Shown here: piece by piece, positions 28,962 through 38,962 of the stretch
Position numbering within the stretch: position 1 is the first letter of the stretch
Layout: each line of letters begins with the position of its first letter
DNA from: a virus
Reading direction: 5' to 3' (one strand)
Virus record (IMG/VR): IMGVR_UViG_3300025117_000005
Coordinates: 1-64,000 of that record
Length of the DNA stretch: 64,000 nucleotides
The notes under the pieces: model-generated
Told to the model about the DNA's origin: nothing
The model's database searches: none
Seen by the model: only the letters and a program-made list of their open reading frames with translations
Translations under genes and position numbers: made by a program

Positions 28962-29378
28962 TTATGAAGGGTCCAGCTTGAAAGTCACTAACTTATTCGA
29001 GGTATCGACCCACACTACGCGCCGGAGGGGAGTGCCAGCCGCAGCCGTGATCTTCTTCACGGACGTCGCCACGGTAAAGGCCGGGGTGCCGTCGCCGCCA
29101 CCAGCCTGCAAGCAGTTCCAACCAACCGTAGGAGCATGGTTGCTGTCATACCCCATGGTCACGTACCCGTCTTCCTGAACGGAAGCGAGCTTGTCATCCT
29201 GGTCGATCACCCTGACAATACCGATGAATTCATCATTCTCGGCCGTAACCGCCACAACCGTCCCGTTGGTAGACATTTTCACGAGTTTGCCTTCATCAGT
29301 GTGCTTGGTCAGCGCACTCAGGTAATTGATAAACGCGCCAGTCTTTTTTCCAACAAAGGAAATAGTTCTCGAAGCCAT
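28962..29378 (-). CDS. Capsid cement/decoration protein
   Basis: GKLVKMSTNGTV...FIG...ASVQ..GYV; small beta protein between scaffold and capsid genes. Confidence 0.7.
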   Translation of the reverse strand: MASRTISFVGKKTGAFINYLSALTKHTDEGKLVKMSTNGTVVAVTAENDEFIGIVRVIDQDDKLASVQEDGYVTMGYDSNHAPTVGWNCLQAGGGDGTPAFTVATSVKKITAAAGTPLRRVVWVDTSNKLVTFKLDPS

Positions 29379-29411
29379 TATACGAACCTCCTGATTTGAA
29401 TTTGAAAACCG

Positions 29412-30800
29412 TTATTTCCCGAACTTGTAAAGTGCGGGGTCGACGGGTTGATTGTCTTCTGGAAGATCATGTCCCCTATCCACGAGCCCGCCGGCCTGTT
29501 GCGTTTTCCTCCCCACCGGAATCATCTGCGCAAGCTGGATCTGCATGAGGTCCGACTTCTTAACCAGGTCATCCACGCTCAGGGCTGCGATCTCTTTGTC
29601 GAACAACTCGTCGTTGTGAGCCGCGCCGTTGATCGCCACCGAGAGCTTCCGGCACTGGTCTTTCAGGCTGGTGACATACTTCTCTGCCACCTTTTTCTGC
29701 GCCTCAAGGTCGGCCTGCAACTGCGTAATCTGCCCCTCTGCGTCGGCCAATTTAATCTGAAGATCGGCCTTGTCATGCTCGGACTGGCCGAGAATACCAG
29801 TCAAGGTCTTAACCTCGTTCTCTTTCTGAGCCAGAGTAGTCTGTGCAGTCTGCAACTGGCCCTTGACCTCCTCCAGGGAAACCTTAATACCATCAACCTG
29901 AGCCTGAAGGGTGTTTTTCTCTGCCGTCATTGCGTTCAAAGCGTCCTGCAATTCTTTTATGGTCATCTCGCCCTCTCCTACCACTTCGCCCACCCTCTCG
30001 ATACTCCCGTCAAACCGGAGATTGAATCGGAGGATGTCGGTGGGTTTAAAGTCTTTAATATTGGTGGACATGATACAAACGTCATTCCCGTTGACGAGCT
30101 TACCGTCCTTAATGGAAAGATTCGTGCTGTCCGGAATAGAAAGGTCGCCCCGGATCCTGGCCCCCGGGAGCCCCGCCGCGTACACGGCAGACAACTCGAT
30201 AAGGTTCCGCTTCTTCACCGCGCCCTGATGGACCGTGTAGGTCGCCAGCTTCATGACGGGCGTTTCACCTTCAGGAGCCGTGTTGTACCACCTGCCCGGG
30301 ATATGGGCACAGTCCCAACTCCGCACATCGTTCCCGCAAATATCGCACAGATAGGAACCCGCCTGAAAACCGACACTGACGGCTTCAGTCTGACCGGCAT
30401 TCACGGCCTTTGCATAATCATCCGTGTTGATACCGGAAACGTTCAGGTTCTTTCGCATGGACACCGTGGGTCGAAAATGTTTGATGGTCAATGCATCTGC
30501 GATTGGTTGTTCTGCAACCTCCGACTTGAAAAGAAGACCGGAAGGGATCATATTGTCGTTGTGTCCGAAGAGAAACCCGACCTTCTCCGCATTCTCATTG
30601 GTATGCCGAGCCATTACGTCATCGTGGAACCCCTGGATCATGTCTTCCCCGAGGAAGGAAAAATAAGCCGTCATCTGTCCGGAGTTTGCGGCTTCAACAT
30701 CAAAAATGTATACGTCATCTTCCTTGACTGGCTCTGGTGCGAAGAACTTGTTAATGGTTTCCAGTTCCTGTACCGTTGGTTTACGAATGAGTTTAAGCAT
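29412..30800 (-). CDS. Prohead protease / scaffold fusion
   Basis: FGHN, VSVGF, CDICG..C.HIPG, ELSAV..A..PGA; C-terminal coiled coil. Confidence 0.85.
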   Translation of the reverse strand: MLKLIRKPTVQELETINKFFAPEPVKEDDVYIFDVEAANSGQMTAYFSFLGEDMIQGFHDDVMARHTNENAEKVGFLFGHNDNMIPSGLLFKSEVAEQPIADALTIKHFRPTVSMRKNLNVSGINTDDYAKAVNAGQTEAVSVGFQAGSYLCDICGNDVRSWDCAHIPGRWYNTAPEGETPVMKLATYTVHQGAVKKRNLIELSAVYAAGLPGARIRGDLSIPDSTNLSIKDGKLVNGNDVCIMSTNIKDFKPTDILRFNLRFDGSIERVGEVVGEGEMTIKELQDALNAMTAEKNTLQAQVDGIKVSLEEVKGQLQTAQTTLAQKENEVKTLTGILGQSEHDKADLQIKLADAEGQITQLQADLEAQKKVAEKYVTSLKDQCRKLSVAINGAAHNDELFDKEIAALSVDDLVKKSDLMQIQLAQMIPVGRKTQQAGGLVDRGHDLPEDNQPVDPALYKFGK

Positions 30801-30814
30801 GTGAAATCACCCCG

Positions 30815-31021
30815 TTATGCGAATGTGCAACCTTCGATAAAGTGACGCGCCTCTTCCCGCTCTACTTCTTCCAGAAAGATTGCTTTCTCCGGTGGTATTT
30901 CCGGTTCTGGCCTATTTTCCTGTTTGCGAAACTTGTTCCGGTAGCCCTCACTGATCATCCCGTGCAGTTTGTGCCCTGTCTTGTCATGGTTCAAACCGGT
31001 ATGTCTGATCTTGGCGAACAC
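30815..31021 (-). CDS. Hypothetical protein
   Basis: GTG start with GGGAG SD just after the portal stop (start re-placed). Confidence 0.45.
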   Translation of the reverse strand: MFAKIRHTGLNHDKTGHKLHGMISEGYRNKFRKQENRPEPEIPPEKAIFLEEVEREEARHFIEGCTFA

Positions 31022-31022
31022 C

Positions 31023-32507
31023 TTAATCTCCCCCCCCCGTCCTACGATCCCGGTTCGTCTCGCCACGCTTCTCTTCCTTCCCGTCTTCCTGGGAAGCATC
31101 ACGCTGAGGATTGTTTTTACCCTGCGGGGAGAAGCCCTCCATCCGCTTTGCATCCGGGGGTTTGTCCCCCTTCACCCGAAGCATACGCCGAGCCTTGCCA
31201 TCCCGCTCGGACTGCGAAATCGTACCCATCATCTCTTCTTCCCAAAGTAGGAGGGAGTACGCAGCCAAATACTGCGCAGATTCGTATTCCGGCCGTAGCG
31301 CCGGATCCTGCCACTGCCAATCCGCATACGCCTGAATCCCGGCATCGACCTGTAGCGCCAGAGTAAACATCCGGTCCAGGAGGCGCTTCAGTATGGCCTG
31401 GAAGCCCTGAATGAGCTTGATGAATAGGAGGGCCTCAATCGACGTGTAGCCCTCCGTAGACCCCCCAAAACGTTTACCAAGGATGGTTGCATAGGACTTG
31501 AGCGCCGAGGCCATATCGGAGAGCAGAACATTCACTATGGCCTGGACGTCAATCCCAGATTTCGCGTTCTGTCCAGTCAGGGGCGTGAGCTTCACCATGT
31601 CCCAATGGGCCGGGTTATCATCTGCCTCCAGGGATTGCATGGAGGTTTTGGCCTCTTCGAGAACCCGGTTCAATTCTTCCACTATCTTGGCCGGGTCCGT
31701 GATGCCCTTGGACTTGCAGGCCGCCAGAACATCTTCCTGGCTGATGGAAATGTCTATCCGGTCGAACCCGATATTGTGCAGGGCTCGGGCAAAGTCCTGT
31801 AACAGCCGAAACTTATTCATCACGGTCTGGATGGCCGAGATGATCTGATTCGTACCGTATGGGTCGCCGGCGATCGGGTCTACAGGGATATAAAAGAAGT
31901 TGCGGTAGTCAAGCCTGACTTCATCCGCACCCATCCCCTGCACAGGTATGAGCCTTCCATCCGTATTCGTCTTAAAATCAATCGTGGTCGGGTCAACATA
32001 ATGGAATCCGGATACCTTATATCCTTCCCCAAACGCCGCTTCTGCCGAAACAGCGCCATCAATCAGGATTGACAAGGCAGATTGCAGATAAAAGCCGGAC
32101 ACTGAACTGTCCAAAACAAACCCGTTGGAAACAGGGTTGTTGAATCGATCTATCAACCCATCCAAGTACGACTGACCCTGTTGATGAATGGACCCCGATG
32201 GTTTCCGGGCCGCCAGGAAAAACCCGCTGTCGAAGACACGCAAGTAGTTGCTGATGGCATGGCTGACTGTGGGCTCCACATAAACCAGGAGGCGAAGGAT
32301 CGTTGTGGAACTCAGGGTTGAGAGCTTTGAAAGATCGTACTTGTGAAAATCCTGGAATTGCCGGGGAAGGTAGGCAAATGGGTTTTGCTGGTTTGTGACC
32401 TGCGTGATATAGTCTACAGACTTCTTGCCAATGGATATAGCTTGAGTACGAGGGACGGCCGGGGCAAGACGCTCTGGTGTCTTACGCAGAAAATCAAGAA
32501 AGGACAA
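31023..32507 (-). CDS. Portal protein
   Basis: 494 aa; IDGAVSAE, VDPTTI.F, DPYGTNQIISA, RALHNIGFDRIDI; upstream of the prohead protease. Confidence 0.82.
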   Translation of the reverse strand: MSFLDFLRKTPERLAPAVPRTQAISIGKKSVDYITQVTNQQNPFAYLPRQFQDFHKYDLSKLSTLSSTTILRLLVYVEPTVSHAISNYLRVFDSGFFLAARKPSGSIHQQGQSYLDGLIDRFNNPVSNGFVLDSSVSGFYLQSALSILIDGAVSAEAAFGEGYKVSGFHYVDPTTIDFKTNTDGRLIPVQGMGADEVRLDYRNFFYIPVDPIAGDPYGTNQIISAIQTVMNKFRLLQDFARALHNIGFDRIDISISQEDVLAACKSKGITDPAKIVEELNRVLEEAKTSMQSLEADDNPAHWDMVKLTPLTGQNAKSGIDVQAIVNVLLSDMASALKSYATILGKRFGGSTEGYTSIEALLFIKLIQGFQAILKRLLDRMFTLALQVDAGIQAYADWQWQDPALRPEYESAQYLAAYSLLLWEEEMMGTISQSERDGKARRMLRVKGDKPPDAKRMEGFSPQGKNNPQRDASQEDGKEEKRGETNRDRRTGGGD

Positions 32508-32679
32508 TAGGCTCCCTCACCGGTGTTCTACCTGACCTGCGGGTTTCCTCAAGAAACCATTCTTTTCGGTTGGCCTCGGCAAAACTGTAGCCTTCACAAA
32601 AAAAACAGTTCTTCCAGTTCTCACCCGAAGTCTGTCGTAAATGGGCGTCGCATCTTGGGCATCTCTCTTCGATGAACAT
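32494..32679 (-). CDS. Small Zn-ribbon protein
   Basis: CPRC...CFFC. Confidence 0.55.
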   Translation of the reverse strand: MFIEERCPRCDAHLRQTSGENWKNCFFCEGYSFAEANRKEWFLEETRRSGRTPVREPIVLS

Positions 32680-32715
32680 TGATCGGCTCCGTGCCGACCC
32701 AAGGACAATATAATC

Positions 32716-32997
32716 CTACGTATCTAACCTTGAGTCGGCCTGTTTCGCTTTTTGTTGTAAACGTGAGATGATAGCCCTTAATATATCACCCGGAATATCA
32801 AGGGCTTGCTCCACTTCTGCCCGGACCTCTCTACGGTCTAAAAGCGAAACAACGAATCTGAGAATCTTTGTTTCGAGGGGGCTAAAACGGATGCCACCGG
32901 GGCCACGATACTTGGGATTGTCTTGCCCAACGTACAGTTCGGCCTCTTCGCATAAAACTCTACATTGATTTCGATCTGGACATTCTCGACACAACAT
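32716..32997 (-). CDS. Cys-cluster + LuxR/sigma-like HTH small protein
   Basis: GGAGG SD before MLCRECPDRNQCRVLC; FSPLETKIL...EVEQALDI. Confidence 0.5.
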   Translation of the reverse strand: MLCRECPDRNQCRVLCEEAELYVGQDNPKYRGPGGIRFSPLETKILRFVVSLLDRREVRAEVEQALDIPGDILRAIISRLQQKAKQADSRLDT

Positions 32998-33062
32998 GAC
33001 GGCCTCCAACTGTTCTGGTCAGCCGTCCGCTGTCGGGTGGGATGACGGGGGTGAAATATCGG

Positions 33063-33266
33063 CTACAAAAGCGCAAGTAATGCCACAATGAAACAAATTA
33101 TTACGAAGGCTCCGGTGAGCAGGAAGGAACGAGTGCTACCAAACTGGCCATGCTCATACCATTCACAAAACGCCGGGTCCAACTCCTGCAACGTGCGTGC
33201 GCCAGCATTCCAGCGTTTATCAAATTCCTCATGCGTCAACGGTTCAGGCGGCGGTATGAAACCCAT
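33063..33266 (-). CDS. Small membrane-anchored hypothetical protein
   Basis: C-terminal TM helix. Confidence 0.5.
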   Translation of the reverse strand: MGFIPPPEPLTHEEFDKRWNAGARTLQELDPAFCEWYEHGQFGSTRSFLLTGAFVIICFIVALLALL

Positions 33267-33273
33267 TTTCCCC

Positions 33274-33579
33274 TCATTCTCCCGGCCGTAGCATCTCCAC
33301 GACCTTATGCAGCATCGCAGCTGCCTGTTCTCTCAGGGCAATCACTTGTGTAAAGAGCGTCCCTGATTCAGAAAACTTGTCCCGGTCATACGGCATGAGC
33401 AGGCTTTCTTCGATATCCACGACTTGCCCGTCCCACATCCGGCGCACGGAGTAAAGTGGTATATCGGGACGCTTCTCGTTTGCCTTCACGCCTTCGATCG
33501 GACCCACAACCGGGACTTCCATGAAGCCCATCACGTACTGGTTGATCTGAAATTTAGGTGGTAGTTTGGCTGCTTCCAT
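33274..33579 (-). CDS. Hypothetical protein (SH3-like N-terminus)
   Basis: PKFQINQYV...YSV...IEESLL pattern; GAGG SD. Confidence 0.55.
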   Translation of the reverse strand: MEAAKLPPKFQINQYVMGFMEVPVVGPIEGVKANEKRPDIPLYSVRRMWDGQVVDIEESLLMPYDRDKFSESGTLFTQVIALREQAAAMLHKVVEMLRPGE

Positions 33580-33616
33580 TGTTGTGTTTTTTACCTCAAT
33601 CGTAGTGAATTTTACA

Positions 33617-33913
33617 TCATGCCGTCATGAACGGCACCTTCTTAGTTGACCGTTTCTTTTTCTTTGGCTTCCGGCTCGCCACAACCCATGTGCCGGCCAC
33701 CGCCCCGATAATCGCCGCGCAGATATATCCAATCTCCCAATCACTCCTTGCGATCGTCCGGAGAACTGCGTAGGTGATGATTAGGGCACCCGCGTCATAC
33801 ATGACAGCTTCCCACTTCTTGCGACTCACCATCTTCACCATGGACATATCGGCCATATACGACCAAAGAAATTCAGCGCAACCGATACATAGGAAGTAGA
33901 AAACATCTTTCAT
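33617..33913 (-). CDS. Small 3-TM membrane protein
   Basis: Three hydrophobic segments, GAVAGTWV, basic tail; ATGA-coupled start. Confidence 0.6.
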   Translation of the reverse strand: MKDVFYFLCIGCAEFLWSYMADMSMVKMVSRKKWEAVMYDAGALIITYAVLRTIARSDWEIGYICAAIIGAVAGTWVVASRKPKKKKRSTKKVPFMTA

Positions 33914-34248
33914 GATACCCAAATCAAATTCGCCATCAAATCATCAAACGAGAAAAACACAGGGATTTCGGCAGTGATTGCTGTCTCTATCTCTCTGTCT
34001 GCCCCCACGCTTTCCCCGGGAAGGCGCAAAAGCGCATCACAGCGTTTCAGGATGTGTAAATCGTATGCGTACCAGAATGCGGGCTCATGCGGGACAACCA
34101 AATTCCAGGCCAGCGTAAGATGGGGTACGTAAGGGATGCAACCGTGTTTTAGGAGGAGCTCGGCCGCCTGGATAGCCTTGTGGGTATTTTCAACGGGGTC
34201 CGGGTGTGTATATGGGGACGCAATGTAGACCAAGATTTTCTTTTGCAT
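33910..34248 (-). CDS. DUF4406/DUF1937-like (nucleoside 2-deoxyribosyltransferase fold) protein
   Basis: VYIASPY, PYVPHL, ILKRCDALLRLPGESVGADREI. Confidence 0.8.
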   Translation of the reverse strand: MQKKILVYIASPYTHPDPVENTHKAIQAAELLLKHGCIPYVPHLTLAWNLVVPHEPAFWYAYDLHILKRCDALLRLPGESVGADREIETAITAEIPVFFSFDDLMANLIWVS

Positions 34249-34485
34249 TCATTCCCCCACGTTCACCATCAACCGCTCTCTCGTGAAGTCGATTGATGCC
34301 TTTGACCCTTTGGCTATTTTTCCGTCATGGACTTTCAGCCAGATTTCTCCCTGAAAGGTGATATTGGCTTCCAAATACTCCCCGTCCTGCTTCACCATCT
34401 TCCGGGCATACAGGACGGCCAGTTCCCGGAGCAGGCCCGGCGTGACATCTTCCTCTTTCGTGATCTGGATCGGAAGTTTCAGCAT
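34249..34485 (-). CDS. Hypothetical protein
   Basis: Translationally coupled ORF. Confidence 0.55.
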   Translation of the reverse strand: MLKLPIQITKEEDVTPGLLRELAVLYARKMVKQDGEYLEANITFQGEIWLKVHDGKIAKGSKASIDFTRERLMVNVGE

Positions 34486-35342
34486 CAGAGAACCACCTTT
34501 CTGACGTTGGTGATCTTGCGGTGATTGACTTCGACCACGGCGTAACCGATTTCTATAGGGTCGTACTCGGCCATCTCGCTGTAAGAGGACACGTTTTCAC
34601 CGAATGTTTTCAGGAAAGAACCTGAATTCACGTACCAACGTGCATCGGGATGAATATACCCCACGTTAGCCGGATACCCCGTGTAATGCTCTTGGATGTG
34701 AGGAGTATATTCCAGACCACGCAACTCTGTGTCCAGGTACAGCGTAGGCTCCGGCACTGAAACGATGAGCCTGTGTGTGTGTCCCTTTGCCATCAGGGAA
34801 CAGCAGCCGTTTTTGTTTTTAAGGTGCTGCTTGAGTTGGAGTTTCTCGTTAGCCAACCGGCGTACAGGGTCATCGGCGATAGACCGGATCAGCCTCTTCC
34901 CATGCGTGAAGAATCCCTTAAAATAAAGCCCGTGCTTGTCTTTGAAGTGGACCACACAGGAGAACCCGCCGTATTGTACCTTGAGATTCTCGCAGGTGAA
35001 CTTCGTAATATCACCGATCTTAGGGGAAAGCCTGTGCGTGTGGTTGCCATAAAGTATCGTGATAAGGCGTCTCGCCTTCGCTACTGGCCGTAAGTCAGCC
35101 TCGACTACCCTCTGCTGTGCTAAAGGATCTTCGATGAGCGTTTCCGGGGTGTACCGTGGATCGTCGATCCAGTACGCTTCCTGCTCGTCACCCATATGGA
35201 TCAGGAAGCGATTCTTGGCCTCCAAGACGTACTGGATCATTGCAAGGTAGCCCTTCTTGTATTGCAACACGTTACCTTCCTGGTTATCTCCAGCCAGGAC
35301 TAATTCAAAGCTATCAGGCACATATTGCTCTAAAATTCGCAT
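34485..35342 (-). CDS. Calcineurin-like metallophosphoesterase
   Basis: GDNQEG, MGDEQE, GNH, THG, GHTH, NSGSFL. Confidence 0.8.
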   Translation of the reverse strand: MRILEQYVPDSFELVLAGDNQEGNVLQYKKGYLAMIQYVLEAKNRFLIHMGDEQEAYWIDDPRYTPETLIEDPLAQQRVVEADLRPVAKARRLITILYGNHTHRLSPKIGDITKFTCENLKVQYGGFSCVVHFKDKHGLYFKGFFTHGKRLIRSIADDPVRRLANEKLQLKQHLKNKNGCCSLMAKGHTHRLIVSVPEPTLYLDTELRGLEYTPHIQEHYTGYPANVGYIHPDARWYVNSGSFLKTFGENVSSYSEMAEYDPIEIGYAVVEVNHRKITNVRKVVL

Positions 35343-35607
35343 TTATAAATGACCTCCTCATTGAATGTTCTCGGCAAGTTATACAACCCATGTGCCCCGC
35401 GTCCATTTCTTCATGCATGGGCCACCCGCAGTGTATACATCGACCTTGTTGCCTCCTACGTAGCTTTTGCCTCCTTGATGCCGATTGAAAGAACTGATAG
35501 CATTTCTGACACCTAACGTGAGGAAAACCATGCCTATCTTTTCCACATTGGACACACAGTCCCTTCCTTCGCCTTTTCCAATACGTCGCCTTGCTGTGCC
35601 CAGGCAT
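35314..35607 (-). CDS. Basic Zn-finger protein
   Basis: GLCVQCG, CQKC, GRCIHCG, CITC. Confidence 0.65.
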   Translation of the reverse strand: MPGHSKATYWKRRRKGLCVQCGKDRHGFPHVRCQKCYQFFQSASRRQKLRRRQQGRCIHCGWPMHEEMDAGHMGCITCREHSMRRSFINANFRAICA

Positions 35608-37521
35608 CTATGTTCGTCCCTTCATGCGGATGCCGGAAATCTGCCCGGAGGCGACTACAATAATCGGGCTAAGATAATCAACCCGGTGATACAAGGACGC
35701 GGCTTGAAATGCGAACTTGCCAGACATTCCGAAGTGATCGCCCCCGCTCCCAACGCAGTAGTAATGCGTCATGTATTTCTTCTTCCCGTGCGCCCCAATT
35801 TTTTCTTCTATGGTCTTCTTGATGCTTATGTGCTGTTGGATGACCTGCTCCATCTCTTCCTCATGCTCTGGAATTTCCAAGCCACCCGAATTAAGAAAAT
35901 TAAAATACGCATCCAATGCACCCGCCTTGTCCTCCACAATCTTCGCCACCCATATCTCTTCACCGGACGGCTCCTTTTCTTTGTCGGTCCACTTAAAACC
36001 GAGCATAGGATCATCAAAGTTTGCGATAGTGGAATGGTTTACCCACACTTTCGGGGATGGCTTCAGGTAATCGAGTTGAAAATTGTGTGCATCATTTCCG
36101 GAGGGTTCGGCATCCACCACACACAGGACCACATGAAATTTCTCCATTAACTCGTTGAGCCGCCCGGGTTGCGGGTACATCTTGCCGTCATTACCTGTCG
36201 TAAATGTCTTGAACGCTTCGCTGTCCGGTGAAAACTCGGCCCATACTACTTGCCACTGACCAATAGGGAATTGCTCTGATTTCGTGTGTGGCCGTAACCG
36301 CCACACAGTCGCGTAGGCCCCCTGGTCTACCCCCATCACATGCACATATCCGGATTCATACCCAAACTGAAGACCTGGGGTTTTAGCTGCCTCAAACACG
36401 TCTATCGTCAAACCACTTTTCTTGTCTTCGTAAGGAATGCCCAGGGTATGATGGTGAAAATACAAAACTGAATTCTGGTCCCGTTCCCGCATTACTTCAT
36501 GAACAGAAGAGGAATACCCCCAAGGAATACGATAGCCACGCACCCCCTCACCGTAGCGGGTTACCGTGTCGTAATATTCCTTCCTCATCGGAACCCACTC
36601 GCAACGATGAATCTTCAGGGGATCAGATGGACGCCACTTGCCGATTTCCGAAAAGTCAAGTTCTTCGTGACAATGAAGGCACATATAAAAAGGCTCGCCC
36701 TTCCTGGTATGCCCTTTTTCATAGTAATTCCCCATTGACTCGGGATAACTCATCTCCTGCCAGTGGTTGCAGCGGCTACACTGGATCATAAATACGTGTT
36801 GATCGCTCAGTTCATCGTAATCTTTCGAGACCCCCCAATCGGACTGCTCCGGTGTAGAAAACTTCAGGAACATGCCCCGCTGTGTCTTGGACCGAAAGAA
36901 TGGGGATGCCTTTAACCGTGATTCTGCCTGCTCTGCGACCTGCCGATCCTCTGTACGGTCCCATTCATCACCGACGACGATATCACCCGGCACCGTGGTG
37001 ACGGCCTTTATGTTTTGGCGACCACCAATATACAGGCCGGCACGGCCAAACTTCTTTAACTGGATTTGATCGATCTCCCCATCTTCCAATAAGTCTTCGA
37101 GGAACTTGTTTTCCCGAATAAGATCTCCCAGCCTGTCCGACGAAAACTGGCTGGCCTTGGTGCTGGTTTCCAGGGTGTAGATAACGGTAGGGAACCTCGA
37201 CATTTCTATACCCTGATCTGATTTATAGTAGTACGGCATTAAGGCGTACTGCTCCAAGAACAGGATAATCTTGAGTAGCCTCACAAACGTATCGCCCACC
37301 TGAGACCGTTTCGTATCTACCTGGCGGGGGTGATCGTCGTTCAGAAGTTGAATCTGCCACTCGAACCCAGCAAACTGGATAGGATTTCCCTGATAGCGAT
37401 AATACCTCACGGCCCGTTCAGCGTAGGTCAGCGAGAAGTCCCTTTGTAGGGCGTCGATATGGGATCTGAAGACGCGCAAGACGTGATCTATGGATTTTGG
37501 TACTTCAGATTGAAACGGCAT
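35608..37521 (-). CDS. Terminase large subunit (lambda GpA-like)
   Basis: KRSQVGDT (Walker A variant), VVGDEWD (Walker B), FSTP, SDQ, CSRC/CLHC Zn motif, LGIPY, MGVDQG, VVDAEP, DHF nuclease motifs. Confidence 0.9.
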   Translation of the reverse strand: MPFQSEVPKSIDHVLRVFRSHIDALQRDFSLTYAERAVRYYRYQGNPIQFAGFEWQIQLLNDDHPRQVDTKRSQVGDTFVRLLKIILFLEQYALMPYYYKSDQGIEMSRFPTVIYTLETSTKASQFSSDRLGDLIRENKFLEDLLEDGEIDQIQLKKFGRAGLYIGGRQNIKAVTTVPGDIVVGDEWDRTEDRQVAEQAESRLKASPFFRSKTQRGMFLKFSTPEQSDWGVSKDYDELSDQHVFMIQCSRCNHWQEMSYPESMGNYYEKGHTRKGEPFYMCLHCHEELDFSEIGKWRPSDPLKIHRCEWVPMRKEYYDTVTRYGEGVRGYRIPWGYSSSVHEVMRERDQNSVLYFHHHTLGIPYEDKKSGLTIDVFEAAKTPGLQFGYESGYVHVMGVDQGAYATVWRLRPHTKSEQFPIGQWQVVWAEFSPDSEAFKTFTTGNDGKMYPQPGRLNELMEKFHVVLCVVDAEPSGNDAHNFQLDYLKPSPKVWVNHSTIANFDDPMLGFKWTDKEKEPSGEEIWVAKIVEDKAGALDAYFNFLNSGGLEIPEHEEEMEQVIQQHISIKKTIEEKIGAHGKKKYMTHYYCVGSGGDHFGMSGKFAFQAASLYHRVDYLSPIIVVASGQISGIRMKGRT

Positions 37522-37850
37522 TACTTATCTTCCCTCTTCGTGTACCACTCAGTAGTCTCCGGGGTCATAATCAGTGCAGAATGCTGATACATTCGGTCCA
37601 ACAACAGGAGGGCGAGTTGTCGTGCCCGCCCCATAATCGTGTTCGCATCCTGCGGAAACCTCGGATAGTTGATCAACCCCACAACAAACCCCGTTTCCTC
37701 GCCGCCAGTATAGATGAATTTCGTGGGTTCTACGGTGACGCATAGCCCCTCATGGTAGCAACTCTCACGGCATACCTGCTCTGCAACCGCTATAGAACCA
37801 CTCATGTAAATTTTTGCCCAGAAAGTTGTTTCTACTTCGACTCGCATCAC
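37521..37850 (-). CDS. Conserved phage hypothetical protein
   Basis: CVTVEPT.FIYTGGEE.GFVVGLINYPRFP. Confidence 0.7.
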   Translation of the reverse strand: MMRVEVETTFWAKIYMSGSIAVAEQVCRESCYHEGLCVTVEPTKFIYTGGEETGFVVGLINYPRFPQDANTIMGRARQLALLLLDRMYQHSALIMTPETTEWYTKREDK

Positions 37851-37856
37851 TTCCTC

Positions 37857-38642
37857 CTAAACAAAACAAACACCCGAATTACAGTAAAGACCCGAATCAA
37901 AAAGCGTAGGCTCTTTTGAGAAATCAACCTTGTCCAGTGGGATGCAGGATTTATGGAGCCATGCATAAGGATCGAATTCTTGAATCTCTTTCTCGAAGTC
38001 AATGGCCTTTTGAAATTCATCGGGATAATTTTGTTTCAGTTCGCTCCATTGATCATCTGTCTGGTTTGGACACATCCAACACCGTGACCGAGGAGGAGTC
38101 GGCCAGCCCATTGATTCTACAATCGAAATTGCCTGTTGGCGGGTAAGAGGAAAGTCTTTACACAATGGGAGTCTGACAAGTCCATTTTTACCGTCATCTG
38201 TTACCATTATTCGTTGTGCCCGTCGCCACTCATCCATACTAAATCCGATCCACTTTATGTACTGTTTCCGAGTAATTGAATGTTGACGGCTTAAATATCT
38301 ATCTATCGGCCTGACTTTCCAACGGCCTGAACAAAATCCACCCAACTTCCCGACATTGCCGGTTTGATCAGACCACGCCCCCACAAGAAGCGTTTCCCCC
38401 TCATGCCAGTCCTTCCCATCCGGCCTTCCTTTGTACCAATCGTGCCCTACTTTCTGCACTTGAATCCCCACGCCCAAAAGGGCAGGTTCGACAATGGCAT
38501 CAAGGTATTTCCATGTAGCAGCGCATTCTCGCCCGGTATCTGCAATAACCACAATATCGGGCTTCGGCAATTTTCCTTGGACGATCAGGGCCGCAATCGC
38601 CGTGCTTTGAGTGCCTCCACCGGAAGAGAAAACTTCGATCAT
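37857..38642 (-). CDS. PAPS reductase-family (PP-loop) protein
   Basis: Start re-placed at ATGA overlap; SSGGGTQS, ADTGRE, CSGRWK, IGFSMDE, RSRCWMCP, C-terminal CNSGVCFV. Confidence 0.85.
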   Translation of the reverse strand: MIEVFSSGGGTQSTAIAALIVQGKLPKPDIVVIADTGRECAATWKYLDAIVEPALLGVGIQVQKVGHDWYKGRPDGKDWHEGETLLVGAWSDQTGNVGKLGGFCSGRWKVRPIDRYLSRQHSITRKQYIKWIGFSMDEWRRAQRIMVTDDGKNGLVRLPLCKDFPLTRQQAISIVESMGWPTPPRSRCWMCPNQTDDQWSELKQNYPDEFQKAIDFEKEIQEFDPYAWLHKSCIPLDKVDFSKEPTLFDSGLYCNSGVCFV

Positions 38643-38962
38643 TGCTTTGCCCTCACTATCTTGAACCCCGCACCCTCTGGGAGCCGAATCGTCATATCCC
38701 AATCCAGCGTGTGAATCTTGTCACCCATCTGTATCCGGTCACGCATCAGGAACTTGAGACGAGCAACCCCTGGATCAGACACGTCTAACTCCGTCCCGAT
38801 CATTTTCCGGTCAATAAGGAAGGTTGAAAGCCCTGCACTATCCGTCCCCTTAACCTCCACTGAATAGTTCGCCATGGAGTCAAGGGAACCCTTGCAACCG
38901 CTTCCAATTACGGCGATCAGGATACACAAGCCGATCAGTAAGGTGGCAGCCCTAATCGCCAT
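38639..38962 (-). CDS. Putative lipoprotein
   Basis: Hydrophobic leader ending IGSGC. Confidence 0.55.
   Translation of the reverse strand: MAIRAATLLIGLCILIAVIGSGCKGSLDSMANYSVEVKGTDSAGLSTFLIDRKMIGTELDVSDPGVARLKFLMRDRIQMGDKIHTLDWDMTIRLPEGAGFKIVRAKQ

Noticed and set aside
29448-30845. 465-aa plus-strand ORF
   Set aside because: Antisense shadow of the prohead protease gene; no motifs
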